Notes: generated by a model not told the origin, from the sequence alone. Positions 35,106 through 45,705 are shown, counted from the stretch's first letter. The stretch is DNA of 64,000 bases from Promethearchaeota archaeon (GCA_016839705.1 JAEOTR010000032.1:17731-81730); one strand, 5' to 3'. A program made the numbers and translations.

Positions 35106-35229
35106 GAAAATCGCATTAAGCAAAATTCTTAATTTAACCTGTTCATAATTTATTAATTGTCAGTTTAAATTTTTTCTACTTTCATTTTACTATGAAGTCT
35201 TGATTAGATTTTATCTAGGTATTTATAAA

Positions 35230-36501
35230 ATGACTAATATTGAACCTGTAGGGATTGAGTTTTTCTCACCATTTAATATGAATAAATGTACTATATGTGG
35301 AGAATGTTTTCATAAATGTCCCGTAATGAAGCTATCTGAAAAGGAATCTATTGAAGAGATGAAAAAGCTTATTAAAGGAGAAAAAACTATTAAGGTTTTA
35401 ACTGAATGCCAAAGTTGCTTTTCATGTAATTTTTTTTGCCCTGAAGATGCCCATCCTACAAGCTTAATCCTACAAAGATGGAATGAACAATATAGCAATG
35501 AAGGATTGAGGAAACGGGGAAAATATTATATGACTCTCTATCCTCATTATCCAAATTTTCGATCTTATGTTATGGAACGTCTTCCGAAGAAGACAAAAGA
35601 ATTGGTTAGAAAATGGGCATCTTTAGAACCATTAGAAAATGAAACTTTAACATATCCAGGTTGTAATATTATAACATTCGCAGAACTAACTCAAGCAAGT
35701 TTTTTTAAAGAATTAGACATAAGAGGACGTTTAGAATATTGTTGTGGGGAAACGTTATTTCGTACAGGTTATCGTGATGAGTTATTTCAGGTTACAAAAA
35801 GATTGGATAAATGGTTTAAAACACTAAATCCGAAGAAATTATTAGTTATGTGTACCGCAGGAACAAATGTGTTCAAGAATGTTCTTCCACATTACGGACT
35901 TACCTACAAGTTTGAAGAGATTAAATCTTATATACAATATCTATGGGAAAAAATTGAAAGTGGGAAAATCCAAGTAAAATATAAGCTTAACATGTCTGTA
36001 ACAGTCCAAGATTCATGTTATGCAAAAATGTTTGGTGAAGAATATATGGATTTACCGAGGAGAATACTTTCTGCAATTGGGATTAATATCGTAGAAATTG
36101 ATGCATGTAGAGAAAATATGCGATGTTGTGGAATCGGTGCGGGATTTTCTGTAGATTCTTCTTATCAACCATTTAAAATTAAATCAGCAGCTTTCAGAAA
36201 TTTTAAAGAGTTTAAGACATCTAAAGCTGAAGCTGTATGTGTATATTGTGCTGGGTGCTTAGCAACATTTACAGCAAATAAAAAATTATATCCAAGAAAA
36301 CTAAAAGTTTATCATATAATTGAATTATTACAATTAGCAATAGGGGAAAAACCTTCTCTTACAAATAACGCAAAGAAAAAGCGTTCGAAGCATTTTTTCT
36401 GGGGGACCATTTGGAAACAAGTTCCAAAAATATTTTCAAAAAAGACATTTCGATTAACTGAAATACCTGAAGATCCACCAGAATATGGAGATGCATGGTA
36501 A
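35230..36501 (+). CDS. GlcF/GlpC/HdrD-like Fe-S oxidoreductase (2x[4Fe-4S] + 2xCCG domains), copy 1
   Basis: CTICGECFHKCP and CQSCFSCNFFCPE ferredoxin motifs. CCG motifs EYCCGE and MRCCGIGAG, plus CVYCAGC. TTG 35200 is an alternative start. Confidence 0.8.
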   Translation: MTNIEPVGIEFFSPFNMNKCTICGECFHKCPVMKLSEKESIEEMKKLIKGEKTIKVLTECQSCFSCNFFCPEDAHPTSLILQRWNEQYSNEGLRKRGKYYMTLYPHYPNFRSYVMERLPKKTKELVRKWASLEPLENETLTYPGCNIITFAELTQASFFKELDIRGRLEYCCGETLFRTGYRDELFQVTKRLDKWFKTLNPKKLLVMCTAGTNVFKNVLPHYGLTYKFEEIKSYIQYLWEKIESGKIQVKYKLNMSVTVQDSCYAKMFGEEYMDLPRRILSAIGINIVEIDACRENMRCCGIGAGFSVDSSYQPFKIKSAAFRNFKEFKTSKAEAVCVYCAGCLATFTANKKLYPRKLKVYHIIELLQLAIGEKPSLTNNAKKKRSKHFFWGTIWKQVPKIFSKKTFRLTEIPEDPPEYGDAW

Positions 36502-37865
36502 GTATGACTATTGGTAAAAGGATTTCGGCTTTTAATGAAGAAAAGTGTGATTTATGTGGACAATGCTTTCATTTATGTCCCGTTTTACAATTATCTTTAG
36601 AAGAATCAAAAAAAGAAATTAAAAGCTTAATTGAAGGTAAAGAATCTAAATATGTACTTTCTAAATGCAATACGTGTTTTTCATGTAATTTATACTGTCC
36701 TCAAAAAGCTAACCCTTATCAATTAATTCTTGAGAGATGGAATGATTTATACAAGAAACGTGGAGCACCTCCATTATATAAATTTGTTTGCCCAACAGAA
36801 TTACCCAATATTTGGCAATTGATTAATTTATTTCTATCTGATCAAGAACAGAAGTGGATTTCTAATTGGATGAATTATTCTCCTAAACCTGAAGATACAA
36901 TCCTGATCATAGGGAATTACACCCATTTGTTTCCTTTTATAATAGGAGGAAGTAATTTATTAGATTTTTTCAAACCAATTGATCTAATCGATCAATGGGA
37001 AGGTGGAGCTTATTTATATCAGGGAGGATATCTAGACGTTGTTGCTAAAATTGCTGAAAAATGCAAAGCTGATTTTGATAAATGGGATGTTAAAAATATT
37101 GCTCATACTTTAGACGCAGTACAATTTATCTTTTCAGAGATTCATCCAAAGGAAATGGGAGTTACCCATAATCGAAATTTTATTAATTTTAATGATTGGA
37201 TATTAGATAGTCTTAAATCTGGGGAATTACCGATCACAAAGAAATTAAAATTTAGTGTAACTATTCATGATAATTGTTATTCAAAAGCTTTAAATGGAAT
37301 TTATTGGGATCCTCCACGAAAAATCTTAGAATTATGTGGATGTGAAATTAAGGAAATGGAACATATCAAAAAAGATTCTCTCTGCTGTGGATTTGGGGCA
37401 GGAGCTTCTTGGGTAAGAAATATTTCAATTCCCTTTGATATTATTTCAGAAGGATGCAAGAAATTTAAAGAAGCAGAAGAAACAGGGGCAAATGCGCTAA
37501 TTTCTTATTGTAGTGGTTGCTTATATTTATTATGGGCAACTCGTGAACTTGTTGGTAGTAAAATTGATTTGTATCATATTTTAGAAATAGTAAGGATGGC
37601 TATGGGAGAACAATTACAATACCCCAAAATTCATATAAAACGAGCTTGGGATATAATTGCGATTATAACCTATCAATTACTAATTTCAGTATTGCAAAAC
37701 AATTTCTTCATTAAGCGTATTAGTTATGATAAAAATAGGAGTACATTCAAACCAAAAAATTACTTTTTATTAAGAATAATTAGGAACTTATTTCGGATTA
37801 GGATTATCAGAAAGATTTTCAGAAAATTATTCCTATTCCAAATGAAGATAATGAAAACAAGATAG
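36495..37865 (+). CDS. GlcF/GlpC/HdrD-like Fe-S oxidoreductase, copy 2, with Arg-rich hydrophobic tail
   Basis: CDLCGQCFHLCP, CNTCFSCNLYCPQ, SLCCGFGAG, SYCSGC. The tail is ...NYFLLRIIRNLFRIRIIRKIFRKLF. The start overlaps the upstream stop (ATGGTAA), and ATG 36504 is an alternative. Confidence 0.8.
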   Translation: MVSMTIGKRISAFNEEKCDLCGQCFHLCPVLQLSLEESKKEIKSLIEGKESKYVLSKCNTCFSCNLYCPQKANPYQLILERWNDLYKKRGAPPLYKFVCPTELPNIWQLINLFLSDQEQKWISNWMNYSPKPEDTILIIGNYTHLFPFIIGGSNLLDFFKPIDLIDQWEGGAYLYQGGYLDVVAKIAEKCKADFDKWDVKNIAHTLDAVQFIFSEIHPKEMGVTHNRNFINFNDWILDSLKSGELPITKKLKFSVTIHDNCYSKALNGIYWDPPRKILELCGCEIKEMEHIKKDSLCCGFGAGASWVRNISIPFDIISEGCKKFKEAEETGANALISYCSGCLYLLWATRELVGSKIDLYHILEIVRMAMGEQLQYPKIHIKRAWDIIAIITYQLLISVLQNNFFIKRISYDKNRSTFKPKNYFLLRIIRNLFRIRIIRKIFRKLFLFQMKIMKTR

Positions 37866-38009
37866 GTGTATATTAGTAACTGGATGAATTATAAAGATTT
37901 TGAATATTTAAGTCGAAGTGCAAATTTTAGATAATTTTTTATAATATAATCTTTAATAAGGTAAACAAGATTATCTTTTCTACTAAGACCAATTTTTAAG
38001 GCGTTTAGA

Positions 38010-38597
38010 TTGAGTAATGAACTTGATAAAATAATAAATTTTATGAAACTAAAAAGAGAACCTGTAGAAGAAACGATTAAAGACACCAATTCTACCAATT
38101 TTGCACTATATTTAATAACAATTTCAATCATATTAGGTGCAATACAAACTCTATTACAAAACTTACTGGCTCAAGATTTATATGAATGGATAATAAGCAT
38201 ATTTGGTGTTGCTCGTCCCAGTGTTACGAGAATTATAATGGATGCCGTTGCTAACAATATAATTTTTCCAGTTTTTGCGATTATCCTTGTATTCTACATA
38301 GGAAATGCCATCAAAGGAGAAGCAGACTCATTTAACCATGTCATAAGAGCTATTGGATATTCAACTCCGCCATTGATAATAAGCACATTATTTTCATTCT
38401 TGTCATTGATTCCACACATAGCAATAGATATACTAGTAGGATTTGCTAATTTCGCTTTTGGAATTTGGTTCGTGCTTGTATTAATTTTTGCTCTTATGTT
38501 AACCTTTAAAAAGGGAGCCTTAACAGCTATTGGTGCGCTTATAATCTCAGCAATAATTGCTGGAATAGCAACATCATGGACTGTCTTCATTCCTTAA
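38010..38597 (+). CDS. Yip1-domain-like five-TM membrane protein
   Basis: 195 aa. A short cytosolic N-terminus is followed by 5 hydrophobic helices in Yip1/DUF1282-like spacing. TTG start. Confidence 0.45.
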   Translation: MSNELDKIINFMKLKREPVEETIKDTNSTNFALYLITISIILGAIQTLLQNLLAQDLYEWIISIFGVARPSVTRIIMDAVANNIIFPVFAIILVFYIGNAIKGEADSFNHVIRAIGYSTPPLIISTLFSFLSLIPHIAIDILVGFANFAFGIWFVLVLIFALMLTFKKGALTAIGALIISAIIAGIATSWTVFIP

Positions 38598-38679
38598 CTT
38601 TATTTTTTTTAAAATATCACTTGCTAATTTTATTCAGAAGTTGATTTTATATTCAAAATTAAAAAAAAAGGATTATAAT

Positions 38680-39771
38680 TTAAGAGCTTGTACCATCAAC
38701 ATTAATTCCACCGGTGGTTGTTGTCAAACTAAGTGTGTATGTACTATTTGCTGTTCCATAATCAAGAGATTCAAAGGGATTTGAGCTTATAGCAGAAAAG
38801 CCACCACTATTAGTACGTGCATAACTACCAGTCGTTGTTGCTCCTAAAAAACTAGCACCAACAATTGCTTGATTATCTTTATATGTAACTCCAATGCCCC
38901 CCGTTGTTGTAACCAGAGAGCCAGTAATATTAACACCCATATCGATATATTGATAAATGTTCGCAATAACCTCACCGGTAGTTGACACCAAATTCAATAC
39001 GCTGTTTTGAGAGTATACCATGTTATAACTATTTAGAGTTATTTTACCTGTTGTACTTGTTCCACTTATATCATTTCCCATAACACAATTAGTAAAATTC
39101 AATGTGAGTAAACCTGTTGTTGATGTTGTTGTTAATCCTTGTGAAAAATTAACGTTTTTAGCAAAAATGTCAACTTTACCGGTGGTTCCCCCTGCTTGGA
39201 CATTTCCACTAAAGGTGACATTTTCATTTGCATTCAATGTGATGGAACCAGTTGTTGAATGCAAAATTGTATTATTCAAATCCATATTATCAGGAATATC
39301 CAGGTTTATTAAGCCTGTGGTTGATGCAGCAGCAATATCATAGTTTACATCAGTTCTAAGTGTAACATCAATTGTAATTATTTGAATAATAGGGAAGATA
39401 AACCATGTTATTGGGTTATTCTCAAGACTAAAAGTAGTTACCGGCTCGCTCACATTTGCCCATATAATAGGTTTGAAAAAATCTGAAAAAGATTTACCAG
39501 CTACAAAACCACCACTGACTTTAATATCTAATTCTAATTTTACAGCATAATTGGTTGGTGTGGAATTGTATTTTATGTTAATACTTCCTACATCACTAGA
39601 AAAGCTAACTTTTTCCCATGATGAGGGAACGCCAGGATCATAATAATAGTTATTAGAATATGCGAATTCACCCCAAGTGGCAACTACTACTATCCCAAAA
39701 GCAACTCCCCCACTCACAAGTAGTCCAGCTATAATTAGGAAAACTATGTTTCTTCTTATCATATTTACCAT
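38680..39771 (-). CDS. N-terminally anchored DUF4097-like beta-helical protein (paralog of 26707-27690)
   Basis: TM anchor IVFLIIAGLLVSGGVAFGIVVV. SINIKYNSTPTNYAVKLELDIKVSGG parallels IIDIKYVSPSVDYLVKIDVDIEMAG. Repeated (S/T)TTG(x)I turns. Confidence 0.6.
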   Translation of the reverse strand: MVNMIRRNIVFLIIAGLLVSGGVAFGIVVVATWGEFAYSNNYYYDPGVPSSWEKVSFSSDVGSINIKYNSTPTNYAVKLELDIKVSGGFVAGKSFSDFFKPIIWANVSEPVTTFSLENNPITWFIFPIIQIITIDVTLRTDVNYDIAAASTTGLINLDIPDNMDLNNTILHSTTGSITLNANENVTFSGNVQAGGTTGKVDIFAKNVNFSQGLTTTSTTGLLTLNFTNCVMGNDISGTSTTGKITLNSYNMVYSQNSVLNLVSTTGEVIANIYQYIDMGVNITGSLVTTTGGIGVTYKDNQAIVGASFLGATTTGSYARTNSGGFSAISSNPFESLDYGTANSTYTLSLTTTTGGINVDGTSS

Positions 39772-39894
39772 TTTGATTAAATTAGTTTTGATGTTAAAAT
39801 AGAATTATCCTTATTATTATATAAATAAAACTTAGACTAATTATTGAGATTAACATCTTCTTTGAAAAAAAAATTATGATTAAAAGTTTTAAAA

Positions 39895-40416
39895 TTACAA
39901 TTTTTGGATCACAGAATGAGCAAATTTTTTAGCATTTTCAAGGTCTTCTGCATTCGGCCTCCCCTTTAACCACTGTTGATGTTCTTCAGCTTCCTTTCGT
40001 TTTTCTGGAGGTAATTTTTCTAGCATAGAGTTACGTATTGCTTCAGGAACACCAATATTATCACCACAGCAATCAAATTCATTAATTATTTCTGACTTTT
40101 CTCCCATTTTTTCTTTAACAACTCTGAAGCCATCTTGATAAGGTACCCTACTCGCATGAGTGTTAAAGAATACGAATTTAGGCGGTAATTCTGTGGCAGC
40201 ATCTATTAAATCAGCTAAAGATTTGTTTACTCTACTCGCATAAATTCCTGATCCTAAAAACACCAATTCATAATCACCCAGAGTAGAAGGATCTACTTCT
40301 TTAATTGGTTTTATTTCTACTTCTTTCCCTTCACAACCCTTATATATACTCTGAGCAATTTTTTCTGTATTTCCAGTTTGTGAATAATATGTTATTAAAA
40401 TTTTCAAAATATACAC
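39895..40416 (-). CDS. Flavodoxin-family protein
   Basis: KILITYYSQTGNTEKIA is the FMN phosphate-binding loop. 173 aa. GTG 40416 or TTG 40407 could be the start. Confidence 0.75.
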   Translation of the reverse strand: MYILKILITYYSQTGNTEKIAQSIYKGCEGKEVEIKPIKEVDPSTLGDYELVFLGSGIYASRVNKSLADLIDAATELPPKFVFFNTHASRVPYQDGFRVVKEKMGEKSEIINEFDCCGDNIGVPEAIRNSMLEKLPPEKRKEAEEHQQWLKGRPNAEDLENAKKFAHSVIQKL

Positions 40417-40459
40417 CGATTAAAATAATGTGGAAGTAGTATTAAATGTAAGTAAATCC

Positions 40460-41371
40460 TTAGAAGTCTTCAATTTTTAAAGTAAAAAATTTTATAGCAT
40501 TCTCAACTGTTTTCTCACTAACTAAGTTTTGCGGAACATTATGAGAAAACGCTATAGCTGCAATTGAATATCTCACATTTGAAGGAACATTTATTGGACC
40601 TCTTTTAAAAGGATGTTGATAGTAAGAATCTGTCTCAGTAACTAATGAGCCTAAAGGGGAAAACTTAGTAACCTTTCTCCATCTATTAAATCCATAGGCA
40701 CTACTAGGAACAGAAAGCATAAATCCTTGACTCGGTAATGTTCTCCCATAGTCCTCTGGACCAGAAAAACAATGCCACATAATTTTTTGTGGATTTAAAT
40801 TGAAATCGTTTATTATTTTTAGAATTTCGTTATTAACACCATCTCTTTTATTAAACCGATGTTTTGGATTTTGTCTATCAAACTCGTTTTCCCCCGCATT
40901 TCGAACATGTAGTATATAAGGTTTGTTATAATCTTTAGTTATGTCTAAAATTTGCTTGAAAACTTCTATTTGTTTATTTCTTTTCTCTAAGGTCTTCGCA
41001 TGATGAAAATCAAGACCAATTTCTCCAATAGCTAAATATTTTTCTTGATTATTCTTTATGAAATCTACCCATTTTTTCCAATCAGAGTTATACTTATCTT
41101 TCGGGGTGTATGTAACTGTTTGGGGTGCCCAACCACATGTAAATCCAAAATTCTTATTTACTTCTTTTATAAAATTGAGTGTGATATTTAATGTATTGAT
41201 ATCTATAGTGCTTGTTATTAAATACTGTCCGCCCATTTTAAAATAATTTAAATATTGTTCTCGATTAGTAGGTAAGTGGTCATTTTTAGGTCGTGGAAAG
41301 GGCATATGGCAATGAACATCAATGAATTTAAGATTTTCCTCCGGTTCGGGTATATTAATCTTTTGTGGCAT
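40460..41371 (-). CDS. tatD: TatD-family metal-dependent hydrolase
   Basis: FIDVHCHM, AIGEIGLDFHH, YILHVRNA, MWHCFSG, ETDSYY. Confidence 0.8.
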   Translation of the reverse strand: MPQKINIPEPEENLKFIDVHCHMPFPRPKNDHLPTNREQYLNYFKMGGQYLITSTIDINTLNITLNFIKEVNKNFGFTCGWAPQTVTYTPKDKYNSDWKKWVDFIKNNQEKYLAIGEIGLDFHHAKTLEKRNKQIEVFKQILDITKDYNKPYILHVRNAGENEFDRQNPKHRFNKRDGVNNEILKIINDFNLNPQKIMWHCFSGPEDYGRTLPSQGFMLSVPSSAYGFNRWRKVTKFSPLGSLVTETDSYYQHPFKRGPINVPSNVRYSIAAIAFSHNVPQNLVSEKTVENAIKFFTLKIEDF

Positions 41372-41539
41372 AATAATTACTGAGATATGTCAGGTGCTAT
41401 GGATACTTGAAATAATTTTAAAGATATAATTTTTATCTAATTGTTGCTAAAATGTTTAATCCTGAAGATTTAATAGATTCTTACATTCTAATTGAAATTG
41501 AACTAATTCTTTAAATAAAGTCGTTTATTTAGAAGTAAC

Positions 41540-41953
41540 ATGTTAAGCCATTTAAACTCGAAACTTGAAGAGTTAGAATTAAAAAAGAAGGGTATGCAGC
41601 CAAAAATTGATGAAATAAATCTGAAACGAGATGAAGAAATCCAAACAATTAATAAAAAATATGACCATATGATTTATGAATTAAATTATGAGATCCAGAA
41701 GGTTGAAGATAGTATTCACAACGAGATGATTCAAACTTTTATAGATATAACATCAAAAGAATTAGATTTCAAACGAAGTACGACTTTATATTCCGTTTCA
41801 GATGATCTCAAAGAATTAAAAGAAAAGATAGCAAGATTTGAGTCTTTTCCTGAAGAATTAGTGAATAAATTGCATAAAGTAATAAATGGAGATCCAATAG
41901 AAAATATCATTTATGAACTCGATGATATTAAAAAGAAGTATTTAAGGAAATAA
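41540..41953 (+). CDS. Hypothetical coiled-coil protein
   Basis: 137-aa ORF with heptad-like Lys/Glu/Ile-rich composition and no recognised motif. Confidence 0.4.
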   Translation: MLSHLNSKLEELELKKKGMQPKIDEINLKRDEEIQTINKKYDHMIYELNYEIQKVEDSIHNEMIQTFIDITSKELDFKRSTTLYSVSDDLKELKEKIARFESFPEELVNKLHKVINGDPIENIIYELDDIKKKYLRK

Positions 41954-42056
41954 ATTATATTATTTTCAATCTCATTAGGAAACTTTATGCATATTCTGAA
42001 CGTATTATTTAGATATTACACAGATAAATATGTTCATTTGAATCTTATGGAATATA

Positions 42057-42224
42057 ATGAATGTCGAAGGTAATCATGATATGGAACTGTTTGAAGAGGA
42101 AGTTGAAATGTACAATTCAAAGATGCGATTACTGAATTGGCTATATGATGAAATCAGAATTCACCCGGAAATATCCAAGGATATGGTTAATGAAAAAGGC
42201 CAAAAACTTCCACTTAATTTCTAA
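42057..42224 (+). CDS. Hypothetical small protein (55 aa)
   Basis: ATG-initiated ORF MNVEGNHDMELFEEEVEMYNSKMRLLNWLYDEIRIHPEISKDMVNEKGQKLPLNF in an otherwise empty 276-bp gap. No homology recognised. Confidence 0.25.
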   Translation: MNVEGNHDMELFEEEVEMYNSKMRLLNWLYDEIRIHPEISKDMVNEKGQKLPLNF

Positions 42225-42229
42225 ATCAT

Positions 42230-42799
42230 TTAATTCATATCAGGATGAATAGATACTATTGTCCTAATTAATTTATCTATTACTTCAATACCTTTATTTA
42301 ATTCTACTTTATACGGAATATGGATAAAAACAATTAGATATTTTTTTTCTGATAGAAGCAGAGACCAATAATAAATATAATTACATAAGTATATACCTGG
42401 ATAATTTGAAAAGGTAATTTGTTTTTTGTCTTTTAGGTGTAAATTAGAATATAATTTGTTAATATTTAAGGTGGTTTTCAATAATAAGGGGCTCTTATAT
42501 CGAATCAAACCAAACTTAAATTTACCATTCATATCTTTGCCAAAAACAAAGTTCCATCCGTACTTTTCTATAATGAATTTTTTACCTTCATGAATACCTA
42601 AGTGGATTACTAATTTTAGATCTGAATAACCCTGAGTTAGTAGCTTATTAAGGGAATTCAGACTTAAGTCCCAAATTACGGGGAATACTTTCTTCTTAAT
42701 GGGTAAATTTAAATTCGATAAATCAAGTTTTTCTACAATTTTGGCGCTAAGATTGAAAGATCTTCTTCCATATGGCCCAAAACCAGTCAAAATTATCAA
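42230..42799 (-). CDS. pcp: Pyroglutamyl-peptidase I (peptidase C15)-like
   Basis: IILTGFGPYG N-terminus, IIEKYG (Glu), PGIYLCNYIYY (Cys), VFIHIP (His). Confidence 0.65.
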   Translation of the reverse strand: MIILTGFGPYGRRSFNLSAKIVEKLDLSNLNLPIKKKVFPVIWDLSLNSLNKLLTQGYSDLKLVIHLGIHEGKKFIIEKYGWNFVFGKDMNGKFKFGLIRYKSPLLLKTTLNINKLYSNLHLKDKKQITFSNYPGIYLCNYIYYWSLLLSEKKYLIVFIHIPYKVELNKGIEVIDKLIRTIVSIHPDMN

Positions 42800-42860
42800 G
42801 ATTAAAACCTAATACATCTTCGAATCAAAATAATTTGGAAATGAAAAAAATTAAAAAAAA

Positions 42861-43286
42861 TTAATACTCTTCTGATTCTGCTTCTTTTGCTTTCGCTTTT
42901 TCTAAATTACTCAATTCTTTTTTTAAAGCGTTTATTTCTTTTTGAATATCTTTAATTTTCTTTTTCTTTTCAGATTCAATTGACTTTAACTTGTCATTTA
43001 AAGCTTTTTCTTTATCACTTTTCAATTTTGAGAGTTTTTTGCTTTCATCTTTAGCAGCAGCAATTTTTTCTTTCTTCTTTTCCGACCATTCTGCTGCTTT
43101 TTCAATTGCTTCATCCCTAAGTTGTTCTTCTTCTTCCAGTTTTACTTTTACTTCATTAATCTTAGCATCAAACTCATCTTCAATTTCTTTCTCTGCAGAC
43201 CCATCCTGTTTAGAAGCTTCTTCCTCTATTCTAGTGATATCATCTTCTTTCGCAGAGATCTGACTTCTAATTTCTTCCTCAGACAT
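42861..43286 (-). CDS. Lys/Glu-rich coiled-coil protein
   Basis: 141 aa of low-complexity charged heptads. Confidence 0.4.
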   Translation of the reverse strand: MSEEEIRSQISAKEDDITRIEEEASKQDGSAEKEIEDEFDAKINEVKVKLEEEEQLRDEAIEKAAEWSEKKKEKIAAAKDESKKLSKLKSDKEKALNDKLKSIESEKKKKIKDIQKEINALKKELSNLEKAKAKEAESEEY

Positions 43287-43500
43287 AATAATTCAATTTT
43301 GATAAATAATTTAGTATTTTTGATATTTTTGTTAGTAGTTCAAATGTTATAAATTATTGGTTAGTTCTACTACGATTACTTTCACCTATTTTTAAATTTT
43401 TTAGAAAAATTTATTATCATTATCCTTTGTATCTACTTATACAAAGATTAAGATATCGTTAACTTTTGGTTAAAAAGCAAAGATTAAAAGGTTGTATATA

Positions 43501-45429
43501 ATGGGAAAAACTTTAACTGAAAAAATTTTAGAACAACATCTAGTTGAAGGAAAATTAGAAAAAGGTACTGACATTGCCATTAAGATTGATCAAACACTAA
43601 CTCAAGATGCTACTGGGACGATGGCTTATTTACAATTTGAATCAATGGGCATTTCTCGTGTTCAAACAGAACTATCAGTGAGTTATGTGGATCATAACAC
43701 ATTACAAACAGATTTTAAAAATCCTGATGATCATAGATATCTTCAGAGTATTGCTGCAAGATATGGTTTATATTTTTCTCGTCCTGGCAATGGTATTTGT
43801 CACCAAGTCCATCTTGAGCGTTTTGCTCGTCCAGGTAGAACATTATTAGGGAGTGATAGCCATACACCTACAGGAGGAGGTGTAGGGTCGATAGCAATAG
43901 GGGCAGGTGGACTTGATGTCGCTGCTGCAATGGCTGGTGAATCTTTCCACTTAAAAATGCCTCAAATTGTTAATGTATATGTTACGGGAAAACTACCAGA
44001 TTTTGTTTCTGCAAAAGATGTAATTTTAGAGATATTACGAAGAATTGGCGTAAAAGGAGGGGTTAATAAAGTTTTAGAATATACTGGTCCAGGGATAAAA
44101 ACTCTCACAGTCCCAGAACGAGGTACTATTACAAATATGGGAACTGAAACTGGAGCAACAACTTCAATTTTTCCATCTGATGAGATTACTAAAGAATTTT
44201 TAGAAGCTCAAGAAAGGGGAGATCAATGGACTCATTTAGAACCAGATGAGGATGCTGTATATGATGAAAGAATTGAAATCAAGTTAGGTGAACTTGAACC
44301 ACTCATCGCTGAACCACATAGCCCTGGAAATGTAAAAACTGTGAAAGAAATTGAAGGCTTTAAAGTAGACCAAGTCTGTATAGGAAGTTGTACTAATTCA
44401 TCTTTAAAAGATCTAAAAGCTGTTGCTAGCATTTTAAAAGGAAACACTATTGATGAAGGTACAGTATTAACTGTATCGGCTGGCTCACGACAAGTAGTTG
44501 AACATATGATCCATTCTGGTGATATGGTAGATTTACTAAAATCCGGAGCAAGGATCCTTGAAAACGCTTGTGGACCATGCATTGGCATGGGATTAGCGCC
44601 TAAATCCAATGCGGTATCGTTAAGAACTTTCAATAGAAATTTTTTGGGTCGATCTGGTACAAAAAGTGCCCAAGCTTATCTTGTAAGTCCAGAAACTGCA
44701 GCAATATCTGCTATTAAAGGAAAGTTAACAGATCCTCGATCTTTAGGTTCCCTTCCAGAAATAAAAATGCCAGATAAATTTTATGTAAATGACAATATGA
44801 TAATTCCACCGTTATCCCCTGAAAAAGCAAAGGAAGTAGAAATCGTAAGAGGACCAAATATTATACCTTTACCCGAATTTAATCCATTACCTGATAAATT
44901 ATCCGGAACAGTTCTATTGAAAGTAGAAGATGATATTACTACCGATCATATTATGCCCGCAGGAGCAAAAATTTTACCTTTAAGAAGCAATATCCCCGAA
45001 ATTAGCAAGTTTGTATTTAATGTTCTTGATGAAACATTTCCTGATAGGTCATTAGAGAAAGGTGGTGGTTTTGTAGTAGGAGGAGAAAACTATGGTCAAG
45101 GATCAAGCAGAGAACATGCCGCAATTGCTCCTAAGTATTTAGGACTCAAAGCTGTAATTGTCAAATCCTTTGCTCGAATTCATCTAGCAAACCTCGTTAA
45201 TTTTGGTATTGTACCCTTGACATTTGTAAACAAAGAGGACTATAACACGGTGGAACAGGGTGATATGTTTGAAATCGATCTTACAACACTCAATACGGGA
45301 GAAGTTATTTTAAAAAATCTTACCAAGAACTCTGAGATTCCGTTGTCTCATTCTCTAGGTGACACAGAAATAGAATTATTAAAAGCTGGTGGAAAGCTCA
45401 CTTTCATCAAACAAAAACACACAATTTAG
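43501..45429 (+). CDS. Aconitase-family hydratase, single-chain about 640-aa type (large + swivel domains fused)
   Basis: GSDSHT, CIGSCTNSS, ENACGPCIGMG (cluster Cys residues), GENYGQGSSREHAA (swivel domain). TTG 43492 is an alternative start. Confidence 0.85.
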   Translation: MGKTLTEKILEQHLVEGKLEKGTDIAIKIDQTLTQDATGTMAYLQFESMGISRVQTELSVSYVDHNTLQTDFKNPDDHRYLQSIAARYGLYFSRPGNGICHQVHLERFARPGRTLLGSDSHTPTGGGVGSIAIGAGGLDVAAAMAGESFHLKMPQIVNVYVTGKLPDFVSAKDVILEILRRIGVKGGVNKVLEYTGPGIKTLTVPERGTITNMGTETGATTSIFPSDEITKEFLEAQERGDQWTHLEPDEDAVYDERIEIKLGELEPLIAEPHSPGNVKTVKEIEGFKVDQVCIGSCTNSSLKDLKAVASILKGNTIDEGTVLTVSAGSRQVVEHMIHSGDMVDLLKSGARILENACGPCIGMGLAPKSNAVSLRTFNRNFLGRSGTKSAQAYLVSPETAAISAIKGKLTDPRSLGSLPEIKMPDKFYVNDNMIIPPLSPEKAKEVEIVRGPNIIPLPEFNPLPDKLSGTVLLKVEDDITTDHIMPAGAKILPLRSNIPEISKFVFNVLDETFPDRSLEKGGGFVVGGENYGQGSSREHAAIAPKYLGLKAVIVKSFARIHLANLVNFGIVPLTFVNKEDYNTVEQGDMFEIDLTTLNTGEVILKNLTKNSEIPLSHSLGDTEIELLKAGGKLTFIKQKHTI

Positions 45430-45705
45430 AAATATAAAAAAATTTTTTATTCTTTTTGTTTTTATTTATTTGAATTTTATGAGTAGTAGAAGATATTTGA
45501 TTGATCCAAAAAAGCGCCTTTCTTCAAATTTTGAGACATAAAAATTCCAACAAACTAGTTTGTAATTATTTAGTCTAAAAATATCCTTTTAAACATTTAC
45601 AATAAGATAGGTTTAGTACGATGACAGAGAACTTACTTTAACTTTATAATATATAGAGTTTTAATAAATGATATTAAAAAAATAAAAAAAACTTGGGAAT
45701 TAAAA

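Noticed and set aside
37889-38131. An 80-aa minus-strand ORF overlaps the start of the Yip1-like gene.
   Set aside because: It has no motif, a low-complexity Ile/Leu/Ser/Lys composition, and overlaps a better-supported membrane protein gene.
42991-43352. Plus-strand ORFs 42991-43263 and 43122-43352.
   Set aside because: They are antisense to the Lys/Glu-rich coiled-coil gene. Their Ser/Phe-rich translations are the complement of GAA/AAG repeats.
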